Below are positions 38,464-51,214 of a stretch of 64,000 nucleotides of DNA, piece after piece. Every line of letters starts with the position of its first letter. The stretch's first letter is position 1. The stretch comes from Leucoraja ocellata. Taxonomy: Eukaryota. Position numbers and translations under genes: made by a program. The stretch spans positions 186,001 to 250,000 of the forward strand of contig JAWMAR010000751.1 in assembly GCA_036785375.1 (NCBI GenBank), given 5' to 3'. Under the pieces are notes generated by a model. It worked only from the letters and a program-made list of their open reading frames with translations. It had not been told where the DNA came from and searched no databases.

Positions 38464-38565
38464 GGAGACAAAAATGCTGGAGAAACTCAGCGGGTGAGGC
38501 AGCATCTATGGAGCGAAGGAAATAGGCGACGTTTCGGGTCAAGACCCTTCTTCAGACTGCTAAAT
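38464..38565 (-). mobile_element. Penelope-terminal-repeat insertion with intact hammerhead-like core (38528-38555) and 11-nt TSD
   Basis: The reverse complement reads gcagt-CTGAAGA-A-GGGT(cttg)ACCC-GAAA-C-GTC-gcc; attatttgaag at 38453-38463 and 38566-38576. Confidence 0.85.
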
Positions 38566-38584
38566 ATTATTTGAAGACTCCTAC

Positions 38585-38691
38585 CCTTCCTGTAACTGTT
38601 CATTGGCCGATTCCTCAGCAACTAAAATTTCATATTCTTCAGCTGCGTATTTATCCCAGTCGGAAGGTTCTGGACCATCACTGTCGACATC
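38585..38691 (-). CDS. PPP2R3A: PPP2R3A exon (DVDSDGPEPSDWDKYAAEEYEILVAEESANEQLQE-G)
   Basis: 107 nt, flanked by tttcag and gtagga; conserved SDWD.YAAEEYE.LVAEE; translated by hand. Confidence 0.95.
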
Positions 38692-38867
38692 CTGAAAGAA
38701 ACAAAATACAATCGTCAATGACCACCCAGGGGATTAATGCTGCAATTATTTTAATGTATAAGAACATAAGAACAATTAATTATGTTTTAAAGTTCAATCA
38801 ATCTTATTTTGGAAACATTCAGTTTGACAAAAAAGACTATGCATAATTTAATCGGGAAGCTAATGGT

Positions 38868-39105
38868 TTCGTTTTAGTTTAGCTTAGAGATACAGCGTGG
38901 AAGCGGGCCCTTTGGCCCACCGGGTCCGTGCCGACCAGCGATCCTTGTACAGTAGCATTATCCTGCAACACAATAGGGACAATTTACAATTTTTACTGGT
39001 CAATTAACCTACAAATCTGTACGTCTGGAGTGTGGGAGGAAATTGAAGTACCCGGAGAAAACCCACCTGCGGAGAGAAGGTACAAACTCTGTACAGACAG
39101 CACAG
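38868..39105 (-). mobile_element. HE1-like V-SINE fragment
   Basis: Homologous to 51380-51620. Confidence 0.75.
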
Positions 39106-40397
39106 ACAGTATATATTATATATATATAATATACACTAGGTACTCAAGGGTAAAACTTTATACTGGGCTATAATATAAATTGAATAGACATTATTCCATT
39201 TTTTTCCCCTCTATGATCAATATCAACAAAAGGCATGCCTACTTGCTGCTATTGCTCAAGGCAAAGTAATAGTCTACAATATTAAAGCTGAGATTGATGC
39301 CTTTAATAAGGCTCTCTCTTATCCATTGCTGTCAAGTGTTGATAACCCTATAGACAATATTACAGTTATCCAAATTGCAGAACATTTTTTAGAAGAACAA
39401 AATCAGAACTGTATAAACAGAGAGTATATTACAGGTTCCCTGGTATCTCACTTTGAGCTAGATTGCATAGCCTATAGAGACTGCCTATGAAGGCTCATAG
39501 ATTGATAGACATTGTTGCCTCCCTCTCTGTTTTGGTTGCGCACGGTCAAAGGGCAGCTATAACTATTGCTCTTTTTATCATGGAGCAATCTCCAGGCTTG
39601 GACGAGCTGTGCAGCCAAACAAAGCGAGGGGAGGGCACTAGCTTCCATCAATTCCCACACCAAGTGGTAAAAAAGGCTGCGGGATCCAGGAATCTGATCA
39701 CTTGAAATGACCAGGGTTCACCTCTAAGGCCCATATCCCAATGCAGAGCAGTGGCACCACTTGACCAGCCTGCCCAACACCATCACTCGCAGGCAACCTC
39801 TCCACGCCAAGCCGTGGGCTATTCGTATCTGCAGGTGCATCAACTAGGGGTTGAAGCAGGTTTCCAGCATGGTTCATGCAGACACTTTCTTTTAAAAATT
39901 ACAGGTAAATTCTTACCTGTGCATGTTTGGACTGGAGGACCAAGAGTACAACAACCAATTAGGGCTCTGCAATATACGCTATATGATAAGGTAGTTATAC
40001 TTAATCGTGATTAAAATCCCAATATTCTCAGTATACTTCTCTACTCACTTTTTCAGTTTTCTCTTACTTTCTCGTTCACTGATCAGTGTATGATTCCGAG
40101 GCATAAATTGCTTGTGTCAGAAATTATTCTTTATAGATGAGTCTCGATACTGATGACCAGTAGGTTTTGAGGGAATTCTCTTGCATACCGAGCCATATTA
40201 TGAATATTCTTGTATTATAAAACTTACCCCCTTGCAGCATGATGCGAAATTATCACATCCTCTCAAATGAAGTAAATAGGTTCAGATCAGATATAGCTCT
40301 GTTGCTCAAAACACATCCCCTGCCTTAAGCTTGAAACAAATGCATTTTGCTTCATTGGGGACAATTCACACTGCTTGGTTGCCCCATATACAGTTAC

Positions 40398-40516
40398 CTT
40401 TTGCACAGCAAATGGATCTCTCTGCTCGTGGTCCAGATACTTTTCCAAGTTGAAGCAGGTATCATAAAAGATATGAGCCATTCGGCACCTCTTTAGATCT
40501 CGCATGGTTATTTTAC
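40398..40516 (-). CDS. PPP2R3A: PPP2R3A exon (G-KITMRDLKRCRMAHIFYDTCFNLEKYLDHEQRDPFAVQK)
   Basis: 119 nt, flanked by ccag and gtaact; sequence characteristic of B''alpha. Confidence 0.96.
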
Positions 40517-41229
40517 CTGGATAGAAGAAGAAGAATGAAGATAAAACTGGGAAAACACTAGTAAAACTACAAATATCTTTACACTGACAAATTACTTGCA
40601 GCCATGTCTCCATCTAAGTGCTGCATTTTCCTTACCTATCTATAAAGCTGTCAACAAACTTCCTCTTTTGAAAGCTACAGAGAGGAACCTTGCACAAATG
40701 GAAGGTGTCACCAATGGAGAAGAATTACACATATTGCATCCACACTCATTTCAGAATTGGAGGAAACAACAAAATATTAAGGCATGTGTGAGCAATGACC
40801 TGGATGTTCAGATGACAATTCATAAAGCAATAGATCTACTACAGCAGGAAATTCAGCCATTCACATTTAACATGGTTTTATGAAATACTTAAGTAAAGTA
40901 CCAGGTGCTAACTGTTATATGGACCAATAGTTGTGGTTGACACAAGAGGTTGGTAGTCTGCTCTGGAAAGTTAGATCACATGGGATCCACGGAGAGCTAG
41001 CCAAACTGGATAGAAAATTGGCTTCATGGAAGGATGCAGAGGATGATGGTGTAAGGCTGTGATTACTTAAACCATGCAGGAATGTTGTCACGTCAAATTT
41101 GAAAGCCAGGAGAATTCTCTTTTGCATCATGCACTTTAAACAGAAGCAAATGGAATTATGCTCAGACAGCAATATAAAGGCTATTGAATTCATATATTTC
41201 ACAAGCATGTAAGGGGAAAACCATCAACA

Positions 41230-41930
41230 ATATTAAATGTAGGTCTGCACCCATTTCAAAACAGAAGATTATAATTATTCACTGATCGAGGATGTCTGAA
41301 GAGGGGAACATATTCATCTGAGATCTTAGATAAATTGCACACTGCACATACTGGCAGGAGTACAAATGACAGCTGTAGCCAAATCTTGTATTTGGGTCAG
41401 ATATTGATAATGCCACATAAATGTCACCATGCACAGTCTCCCAATATTACAGAACAAGTGCCAATCCTACAGATAAAGAAGTGAACCACATCCATAGAAT
41501 TCACATTGATTCTTTGACAGAAAGGCATCAATAATTTTCGTGTTCAAATGGATTGAAGTTAGTCATGGGGGATCAAGTATGCTAGCAGAGCATATAATTA
41601 AGAGGCTGAGATCGATCTTTGCAACCCCAAGGTATGCCTGAAGAATTGGTGTCATGTCAATTTTGCCTCATGTGTTTCAAATTCTTCATGAGGAACAAGC
41701 ATATCAAGCATTCATTAATTCCCTCATAACATCCAGCTTCTAGCAGTGTAACTGAAAACTGTCTCTATTCTTTGGAAGTATCGAGGGAACAAGGCTTCCA
41801 ATATTGTTAAGTCTAGTTAACTTTGTGTTCAGATATCATCCTGTGACGCACTGTGTCGCACAGGATGCACCCCAGCAGGGCACTTCATGAGCCACAAACG
41901 TTAAAACCACTAATAGACTTGTTATGGCGA
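41230..41930 (+). mobile_element. Highly decayed Gypsy/Ty3 (Mag-like) integrase remnant
   Basis: Colinear motifs across frames: LHPFQNRR.L..DRGCL, LDKLHTAHTG, RIHID, KWIEV, RLRSIFA..GMPEELVS, FMRNKHIKH...HPAS and TGCTPA. Confidence 0.7.
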
Positions 41931-42527
41931 AGGAAGTCGAGAAACTGTAGTGTACCCAACATTTTGAATGAAATCAACAACACAATGGAAAAATAATTCT
42001 GGTGACCCGGGAAAGTATTAAAACCAATAAAACAAGTACTTCCTGCAAGAGAAAAATGCCGTATCATAGAAATATGTAATGACAAATGTGTTCCAGAAGT
42101 GCATACAGAAGAGCTTACACATGTCAACAGCGAGATGAATCAATTTGTAATATGTTCAATGGCACAAAAAGTAAAAATGCCAGCGATAAAAACATAGTTA
42201 AGGAGATTTAAGTGTCTGAGAAAACCAGTTGATGGACACAACCTATAATCACTGTGTATGTGAAACACTTTTCCAAAGAGGGAAAACAGTTTACTGTGTT
42301 TGCACGTAAATATGATAGGAAGTCATGTTGGTATGTAATGTGATGGCATCATGAGCTTGCCATTACCACACAGTACTGTGGTCAGGACGCATTGCAGCAG
42401 GTACCCACCGATGTCTCCCGTAGATTATTCCAACAGACAGCACCAAACCCTGGCTCACAGACCATCTCCAAATACAATACAAACACAATGCTAAAACTTT
42501 GGTTTGAAAACAATCTTGCTATACCAG

Positions 42528-42650
42528 GATAGACACAAAGTGCTGTAGTCACTCAACAGGTCAGGCAGCATCTGGAGCCTGATCCTCTGAGTTACTCCAG
42601 CACTTTGTGTCTATCTTTGGTATAAGCCAGTCTCTGTAGTTCCTTTCTAT
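42528..42650. mobile_element. Fold-back Penelope-terminal-repeat element lacking the ribozyme core
   Basis: Inverted arms gatagacacaaagtgctg...cagcactttgtgtctatc. Confidence 0.75.
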
Positions 42651-43117
42651 TTGCTATACCAGAAACTGTAGGTTTTCAATAATTCCCTGAAACAGTAATA
42701 TAGCTTTCTATAGAGCAAGAAACTTTTATGTATGAAAAACTAAAACATTCTAACCTATCCTAGAAGTTTTTATTGACAAATTTGCCTTAAAATAACGTAC
42801 TGAAAATTCACATTATTTAGTCATATTTGCATATCTCAAATCCAAATTATTTAATGTTTAGTATAGCTTCATTATTTTTGTCTAATTTCCATTTCCCCTA
42901 CTGATGAAAGTCAATGTGTCACAAACTAGAGAGACATACATGTGATACAAGAATGCACTGTTAAGTAAGCTCAAGGTGCCCTTTATACATAAGAGAATGA
43001 TGATAATTCATAGCTACTTTCACACTAGATACTGCCTGTTTACCAAACCAGCATTCCAGGGAGTAAAAAACATTGATGTGAAATTGTGTATATAATCAGT
43101 CTATAATGTTTGATTAT

Positions 43118-43510
43118 ACCCCTCCCACTCCGTATCCGACCTCTCTGTCCTGGGTCTCCTCCATGGCCAGAGCGAGCAACACCGGAAATTGGAGGAACAG
43201 CACCTCATTGGGGAGTCTGCATCCTGGGGCATGAACATTGAATTCTCCCAATTTTGTTAGTCCTTGCTGTCTCCTCCTCTTTCTCAGCCCTCCTGCTGTC
43301 TCCTCCCATCCCCCAGCCTTCGGGCTCCTCCTCCTTTTTCCTTTCTTCTCCCTGCCCCCCCACCCCACCCCCCATCAGTCTGAAGAAGGGTTTTGGTCCG
43401 AAAAGTTGCCTATTTCCTTCGCTCCATAGATGCTGCTGCAACTGCTAAGTTTCTCCAGCTTTTTTGTGAACCTTCGATTTTCCAGTATCTGCAGTTCCTT
43501 CTTAAACAAA
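43118..43510 (+). mobile_element. Short 5'-truncated Penelope copy (GIY-YIG C-terminus plus terminal repeat) with 16-nt TSD
   Basis: Close match to 9343-9740; tataatgtttgattat at 43102-43117 and 43511-43526. Confidence 0.92.
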
Positions 43511-43610
43511 TATAATGTTTGATTATTCATTTTCTGAAAATAATGTTGTTCTCTGCTAAAAGATAAAGATTGTAGAAACATCTGGGTGATATATTTGTAC
43601 AGTTATTTAC

Positions 43611-43786
43611 CTTCACATTCTGGCTTCACAAGATCCAGCATCTGACAGAGGAGATCATGGAATGGCAATGGCTCAATGCCCATTCCTTCCATCCGTTCAC
43701 ATTGCTCTTCATAGAAGTATTCTAGCTCATACATGGACAGCACCCCGTCCCCATCAATGTCCATGGCCCGAAACCAGTATTCCATG
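43611..43786 (-). CDS. PPP2R3A: PPP2R3A exon with EF-hand (MEYWFRAMDIDGDGVLSMYELEYFYEEQCERMEGMGIEPLPFHDLLCQMLDLVKPECE)
   Basis: 176 nt, flanked by ttttag and gtaaat; DxDGDGxLSxxE EF-hand loop. Confidence 0.97.
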
Positions 43787-43829
43787 CTAAAATACAATGA
43801 AAACAACTTAATACTTATTACTCCTTACT

Positions 43830-43985
43830 CCTCGGATTGTTTTATCTAGAGCATTGGAGGCTGAGGGGTGACCTGAGAAGGAAATAAAATACTGAGAGGC
43901 ATAGACAGGAGTCTTTTCGTCAGGATCAACATGTCACACACTAGAGGACGTAGATTTATGGTGATAGGAGGGAAAGTTTAAAGTT
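43830..43985 (+). mobile_element. CR1-type LINE 3' fragment
   Basis: ctcggattgttttatctagag..ggaggctgaggggtgacctga (cf. LGLFSLE.RRLRGDL). Confidence 0.7.
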
Positions 43986-44129
43986 CTACCTACAGGTAAC
44001 CACAACATGTTACAATGAGCGGGTCCTGGAAAACAGTCCATATCACAAATTTCCATAACATGAAGCTTCATCATCTGTGCAGGTGCCATGAAATACAAGT
44101 TAAAAAAATTAATTGGTATTTATTTTTTT

Positions 44130-44350
44130 ACTTTAGACTAGAGATACAGCATGGAAACAGTCCCTTCGGCCCACTGGGTCTGCGCCGGCAGGTGATCACC
44201 CCTTACACTAGCACAATCCTACACACTAGGATTACACACATCCTACACACTAACTTACAAACCTGTTAAGTCTTTGGAATGTGGGAGGAAACCGGAGCAC
44301 CCGGAGAAAACCCACGCAGCCACAGGGAGAACGTACACTGTGCCACCCAG
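44130..44350 (-). mobile_element. HE1-like V-SINE fragment
   Basis: gagatacagcatggaaacag...gtgggaggaaaccggagcacccggagaaaacccacgcag. Confidence 0.8.
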
Positions 44351-45212
44351 AAGTTTCAGAAGAGCACATTTTTATTCCGTATCCCAGGTGGTTGGTATTA
44401 GTGATTTGTGAATTCAACAAGGGTGAATTTCCATTACCTGAACTGTTGTAACGGAGGGGTCATCTGTTCTTTACCTCATATTCTAAGACTATGATCCAAG
44501 ATTCTAGACTATCCAGCTAAGAAAACATCCGCAGAGTACCATGTCTGTCCAGTCCTTTCAAATGTTTTCCACATGCCTATGGGACTGCCTCACATTCTTC
44601 TAAACTTTTCTGAATCCAGGCTTTGTTAACCCAACTGCTTCTCTTAAAACCATTCCACCATTCAGCCTGGCGGTTCTTCATTACACTATCTCTATGATTA
44701 TTTCCATTCTCAGGTAAGGAAACCAAAACCATACACAATACTGCAAACATCACCAAGGTCCTATATAAAATCCTTGCTCCTGTACTCAAGATCTTTTGCA
44801 ATGAGGGTCAACATCCATCTGCCTTTTTATCTGCCTGCTTTGCCTTCAACTTAATTTTTAGCAATTGGGGTATAAAACATCCTTTGACTGAATATTTCCC
44901 AACCTGTCACCATCTAAATAATGCTCTTACTATCTGTTTCTTACCAAAGTGGGTTGTTTCTCATTTATCCACGTCATATTGCATCTGGCATGTATTTGTC
45001 CACTATTTTAACTCGTCAAAATTGCCTTGATGTCTCTTCCAGATGATGCTGCAGAAACAGGTCTATTCACTGCCACCTTCTTAAAGTTAAATAAGGATGG
45101 GCAATAAATGTTGAACTTGACAATGTCCATATTGTAGGAATGAATAATAAACACAGAAATGTAAATACCAAGAGTTGGAAATGTTCATTCACAACCTTGT
45201 TATAAAAACTAC

Positions 45213-45302
45213 CTTGTGGAATTCTTCTTATCTTCTTCTGAAAGGAGAAACCATACAAAATCAGCATAGCTCATTCGTCCATCCCGCTGCACACAGTTTC
45301 CC
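45213..45302 (-). CDS. PPP2R3A: PPP2R3A exon (GNCVQRDGRMSYADFVWFLLSEEDKKNST)
   Basis: 90 nt, flanked by tttcag and gtagtt, phase 2/2. Confidence 0.96.
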
Positions 45303-45761
45303 CTGAAAATCAAAGACAGAGGTGTTGTATTTACCAATTCAAAACTAAATCTTCCTAAATCTCTTTTCAAAAAGACAAATGCAAAATGTTCTTTAAAAAA
45401 AATAGTAAAATCTCCAACCCACACCCATAACCGAGGGCAGATAAAGCTCATTGCTACTTTTATTGACGAGCTCACCTGCAATCCACCTCTGGAAGACAAA
45501 TATTAATTCTCTGACCCCCTTTAAACTCTTACTTCCCACCTTAAACTTATTGCTTTGAGTCTTTGACATGAGGCAAAGTATCTTACCATCTACTCTATCT
45601 ATATCAGAGTCCCTCTCTGCTTCCTCCATCCCAGTCACATATCTTTATCAATCAACTGCTCAAAAAACACAATGCAATTCCAAAATGACACCCCCAATTT
45701 TGAATTAGCTCAATGTAAAAAAATATAATTAATTATGCAAAAATGATGGTGTTATACTCAC

Positions 45762-45810
45762 CTTGTAACTGCACCGGAGAATATTCGTTCAATAATTCTA
45801 TTAGAGATAG
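45762..45810 (-). CDS. PPP2R3A: PPP2R3A exon (A-ISNRIIERIFSGAVT-R)
   Basis: 49 nt, flanked by ccacag and gtgagt; phases 1/2 fit both neighbours. Confidence 0.95.
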
Positions 45811-47064
45811 CTGTGGAGAACAAGAAAAATAGCAATAATTATTGGGTTGAAAATGACGCTGCAGGTAGCAATGGGGTTAATATTGAGACTTTGAACAAGG
45901 AGGGAGCTGCTGCTGAAGCAACTTCTGATCATCACAGCCGCTGTTAAAGCAGGAAACCCTGTCATGGTCAATGCTGGAACTCTGGAGGAGAAAACAACCT
46001 GAATTCCTTTTACACGTCTTGTCTTTATGCAAGTAAAAAGGACACTGGTGACTGCTCTGTCCCTCGTTTTAATGCATTTAAAATTTAACAAGTAGCATTT
46101 AATCAAGGAATCACTGATAAAGACTGGATCTAATTAATTTTGACGGCAAGAGCTGTCTCAAATAAATCCTCACAATTAATCTTTCTAGCAGAGCATTAAG
46201 GCTGACATATTGGACTCACTTCTTGACTTTAATCAAAGCATTCTACCAAGGCTTTCTGCAAACATTTTAAGCATTGGCCATGGATTGCAATTTTTTCCCA
46301 ACTGATCCATGATACTGATATGTGATCGGTTAAGAGGTTTTATTATTTACAAAGGTTTTCTGTTTTCTGGGAATCTTTCACAGTCAAATATAATGGCTAG
46401 AATGATTATGCAAGAGCAGTCCATCAGCAGGGATTCTGGAAAAAAACCAGAAAGACACCGTTTAATCTGTCAGGTCTAATCAGGTTTTACCGTATAGCAT
46501 ATAAAGCAGAAGAAATATAAAGAGAATTAAGGCCAGCACTCGCAGTATTTCCTCAGAGATTTAGCAGAGAGCTTTGATGAAAGCCAAAATGAAGTGAGTT
46601 CAAAATGTCAGCAGTGATGCTGCTTCGTAAAGATTAAATTTGAGGATTCATGCGAGGCATCCTGTGCAGTCAAAATCAATGAGATTCAGAGTCGTTATCA
46701 CCGATTTCTCCATGTTAAAATTACTTGTTAAAATTAGAACGCATTAAAACAGGGAAAGAATAACTAGTGAAAAATAATTTTTGCTTAAATTATTCTGTTA
46801 GCATTTTCCATGCACAATGTTCTGTCTTTAATGTATTTTATGCTCCTTTATTAAAATATTTTGGATATGTGTTTGTATTTTGCCTTCCAAGAACAGTTGC
46901 CTACTAATTCATGTGCAGTCAGTTGCATTAATTGAAATTTGGGAGGCAGAGGACAATGCACAGTCAATTGATTTGACACCTATAAAGCCAATTACTGGGG
47001 TTGAATGATCAGACAATTGTAGGAGAATTCAATTCAAAGTGAGTGTGGAGGAAATGTTGTCTTA

Positions 47065-47283
47065 AGGACCTGTCCAACTTGGCGATTTTTTTGGTGACTG
47101 CCGGCATCATTGACTGACGTATCAGGTCACCGAAAAAGTCGCAGCGTGATGACGTATTAACGAGCGGTGTTTTTTCAAGTGTCGCCACTGGATTTTGAAA
47201 TGTTCAAAATCTTTTGGCGACCCTGATACATCAGTCAATGACACCGGCAGTCACCAAAAAAATCGCCAAGTGGGACAGGACCT
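47065..47283. mobile_element. MITE with ~70-bp terminal inverted repeats and TTA TSD (PIF/Harbinger-type)
   Basis: aggacctgtccaacttggcgatttttttggtgactgccgg... matches the reverse complement of the right end, aggtcctgtcccacttggcgatttttttggtgactgccgg...; tta at 47062-47064 and 47284-47286. Confidence 0.85.
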
Positions 47284-47399
47284 TTATTCCTTCGCTATTA
47301 TTCTGTTTTACTCATTTTGGAATGTGGTGCTCAATACATAAAGACGTTTTCTACCAATGCAACAAGCTGTAGCCTTGCTTTTCACACACCTATTCTCAT

Positions 47400-47712
47400 G
47401 ACAGGGCAAAGATACGATACACTTTTTAATCCTAGGGTGAAAATGTCAAAGATTTTCTTGGAGGGCATAGCCTTAAGGAGGTGCAAGTCATTGTACATAG
47501 AGAGTGGTGGGTGGCTGGAACATACTGTCAGGGGTGGTGGTAGTAAAATAGAAGCTGTGAAGAGGCTTTTAGATGGGCACAAGGATATGCAGAGAATGGA
47601 GCAATATAAATCACATGTGGGCAAAAGTGATTAGTTTGAATTATCATCATGTTCAGCAGATATTGTGGGCTGTAGGGCCTGTTCCTGTGCTGTTCTGTTC
47701 TGTGTTCTATAT
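47400..47712 (+). mobile_element. CR1-type LINE 3' end
   Basis: gggcatagccttaagg...agagagtggtgggtggctggaac...ttagatgggcac...gggcctgttcctgtgctgttctgttctgtgttct tail. Confidence 0.75.
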
Positions 47713-48584
47713 TACCTGAGACTTACAAATAAGTCAGAGCAAAGGCCATTTAGCCCATGAACCCATTTCACTCAGCCCAAGTTTGCTAATCGTGCAAGGG
47801 ACCCGTGCTTAATATAACTTCACCACTAACAATAACAGTGCGATTCAAAAAATTGAATCTAAGACAATGATCCTAACCATCCTGATTTTGTTCCAACTTT
47901 CTCCCAAGATTGTATTGCAGATGTGGGTGGGGCTTGCCAGGGAAGGCTGCTCCACAGGGAAGGAACCCTAAATCAAGGTTTTAGGCTTGCAAAGACCAGT
48001 TTATTTCAACTTAGTTTCCTTGTGAGTTTGCGTTATCAGAAATGAACCTTAAAATCCCTCCCCCTCCCCCTGCCTCTCAAAAGTAAATTCCAATCATCCT
48101 TCTACACCCTCCTATTCCCCTTTCCTGACTGCAATCGCTATTAGTCTCCATCCTGCCTGCTGGATATCCATTCAAAGATAGACACAAAATGCTGGAGGAA
48201 CTCAGTGGGACAGGCAGCATCTCTGGTGAGAAGGAATTGATAGTCATTCAATCCCCTTTGTTCAAGGATCTGATACCAGGTTCAGACCGGGTATGAAGCC
48301 TGGACTACTTAAATAATCCACTTCACGTATAACATCTCAGTAAAAGTGAGTTAGGAGACAATTGATGCTGATCTCTTCCGGCTCAAGCATGCCATGGGTT
48401 AAAATTGGAGTAACTATTTCTGTAACTCAAACTTAAAGCAAAAGCCCCACATGTTACAACTAATAACTGTCTAATATGCTGCTTAATATATAATAAATGC
48501 TATTGAAGTTTTGATTACCCCCACACTGTCAGGAGGTGAACACAAACTGTTTGTGCTAGTTCTGATGAGCAGTTGCAGTGTCTG

Positions 48585-48705
48585 TGTGTGAGTGAGAGAG
48601 AAAGAGGAGAGAGAAAGCGAGAGACAGAAAGAGAGAGGGAAAAAAAGAAAGAGAAAACGCTAAAGAGAGAGGGAGAGGAGAGAGGGAAAGGGAGAGAAAG
48701 AAGAA
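48585..48705. repeat. (GA)-rich low-complexity tract
   Basis: Imperfect purine run (gagagaaagaggagagagaaag...). Confidence 0.8.
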
Positions 48706-48865
48706 AACTCATTGAGGAAGACCATTATCACCAGACCCAGAAGAAAAAATGAGTTTCAAAATTGGCAATCAAATAGAGAATGCAACACTTCTTGAACCAG
48801 TGTTACACAAATATTATTAGATAACATTTAAGACGCATTGCTATGCCAGTTATAGAATTACTTAC

Positions 48866-49022
48866 CATGGTCATTGTGTCTGGCCAAGTCCTTCTGGTCA
48901 ACAAAGAGGTCATGGTCAGTGTCAAGTTCCCAGAATTTACAGTAAATAACATAGAAATGCTCATAAGAGAAGTAGTCTGTAATTTGGTTGATGTCATCCT
49001 CTTCCTCCAGGAGGGCGAGAGT
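48866..49022 (-). CDS. PPP2R3A: PPP2R3A exon ([52 protein letters not shown])
   Basis: 157 nt, flanked by ctttag and gtaagt; invariant B'' motif [20 protein letters not shown]; translated by hand. Confidence 0.97.
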
Positions 49023-49873
49023 CTAAAGGCAAAAGGCAAATGTTGTTAAATAGCAGGAACATTGGTGGTAATAAATTGATTCTCTTGCATCATTGCACTC
49101 TGGGTTTCATCAGTAAAAGCCTGGAAATGGTAACAAAGGCCCCAACCTTCTGCTGATAAAGATTCACCAACAAGAAGCTCTTTGTGAGGCAAGTAATCTC
49201 TGATGTCCACACCTGAGCATTTGTACATGGAAGCCAGAGATGAGCTTGAGTTCAATGCCCTGACTTCCATTTCATCACCGGGCCCACCTGTGGGGTGCAA
49301 TCCCAACATGCTGAGCCATGAAGCCAGATGCACGGCACGTGAATGGCATCATCCAGCTTCTTTGTAAAGGTAAGTGCAGCCAAATATTCTTGGATATTTT
49401 CTTCATTTCCTCTTAAGATTAATGTTTTTTATTGATAGGTTTACATCACTTTCATTCTTAATTATTTTTCTGCCCAGTTTCCCTTCCTCAATCCAGACTT
49501 TTAGCTTCCTCTTTTTATATTAGATCTAAAATTGAAGTTGCCCACTCTAATTCATCTTCACACTCTCACCTTTTCTCCATCTTTCAGTTATAATTTTTAA
49601 TCTTTTTAACATTTTAAATTATCTTTAATTATTTTATATGTCTTGGAGCTGTTTTTTATGCGTCTCCCGTCGTAAAAAGACAACTTGTTGAAGGGCTATT
49701 GGCAGTCTATGGGCAGGACCTCATGGTCTGCTCTACTTCATGGATCAGCTGTGGCAGGAAGTACTAGAGCTCCAGAGAAATGTAAGAGCAGGCAAACGTG
49801 ATGGTGGGAATAATGCAGTGGTTCCGAGTAGAGGTCAGGACTGGACGAAATATCATCTCCCTTAGTGGCAAGG

Positions 49874-50169
49874 TTGGATTGCAACCTTGTCGTGGTCGGG
49901 GAACTTGTGTGTCTCAGTGACCCCAAGAGCTATGCCAGCGGGAGATTCGTCTCCTGTTAGGGTCTTCCATGCTGGACAGGTCGAAGGGTAGAGGTGAGAC
50001 GAAGAGCGATCCACTGGTCCTCCAGGTTGGAGGTTGAGCACAGGGCTAACAATCCTGTCTCGGAAAGCAAATATGTACGGAAACAGCAACTGAAGGAATC
50101 AACAGGAGTGGAGGACCTCCGTTGTTGCCCTACATGCCAGGAGGCAATAATAGACAGTAAGTAAGTAAG
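49874..50169 (+). mobile_element. Bipartite non-autonomous RTE-derived element (RTE 5' UTR fused to 3' end) with (GTAA)n tail and 12-nt TSD
   Basis: ccttgtcgtgg...gagctatgcc...ggacaggtc...gatccactgg resembles RTE/BovB-type 5' UTRs; ttagtggcaagg at 49862-49873 and 50170-50181. Confidence 0.75.
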
Positions 50170-51214
50170 TTAGTGGCAAGGCAGATCTGGTTGGGTTTAG
50201 CTGGATAATCACTCCACAACTATAATGCAGTCCAGGACAACGTTTCTTCCTTTGGTTTGTAGCTTTTAAAAATGACATGATTATAAGCCAGCCTCCGCTT
50301 ATAATTGAGACATTGATGCTCCTAAAATGTAGATACCAATTACAGAAAGTAAATGCTATTCCCAATTACAATTACCCTTTATTTCATACAACATTGAAAA
50401 CTATGCAACCCACTAGATCCAGGGAGATCATTCAGCCTGCTCTTCAAATGATAATCCAATCAATCCATGCCATTACTTATTTGTTGGTAATCTATTCTCT
50501 CACATGCCCAGCAACTCCTCCCTTGTTCTCCTACCACCCATGTGTACGGTGTCATTTATACTGACCAATTCACCCACCCAACTGGCACATTTTGGGAATG
50601 TGGGAGAAAATTAGAGTACCCAGGTGTAATCTATGCGCTCACAGTGAGAAAGTGCTGGATGTTCAGCCCACCCTGGCCCTACTTGCCCAGTCTAGCTCCC
50701 CCTACCACTTTGCTCACATTACTAACAACTTTAGGGCCAACATCATTTAACATCTAAATGAACGCAGGCATATGTCAAAGGGAAAACTACAAAACTTGGG
50801 CCAACATGCTTTCAAATAAAATTTGAGTTATTAGTTAACATCAAAATCTTCAAATGATAATTCAATTCTCACACAGACAACAAAGATATCTGTTAGAATA
50901 AACACAATACCAGATAATATTTTCAGCTGTGCAAATTAACAAAAAAAAGATCCTCATTACCTATTTATGAAGTGCCAAAGATCAAAGGAACATGTTAGAT
51001 ACATGGTGCATAGCAGCCTATATGCTATAGGAATCACTTATCTCAGTAAAGCAAACCTGGATATGCTATAAAACGTTCCTGCATGAGTTTACCATTCGAA
51101 GTACTGAATATTTCCCTTTATTTATCCACTTGTTGTGAAGGTAGATATGCAAGTGTTCAAATTGGGCGGCTGAGATGGTAAACGGCCTCTTCTTGGTGAA
51201 TTTAAGCAACGTGC

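Noticed and set aside
39430-39890. Possible Tx1/L1-like ORF2 remnant on the minus strand
   Set aside because: Only faint similarity by eye; too degenerate to support without a search.
40150-40185. CTGATGA as another hammerhead core or C/D box
   Set aside because: No stem II plus GAAA and no terminal stem follows.
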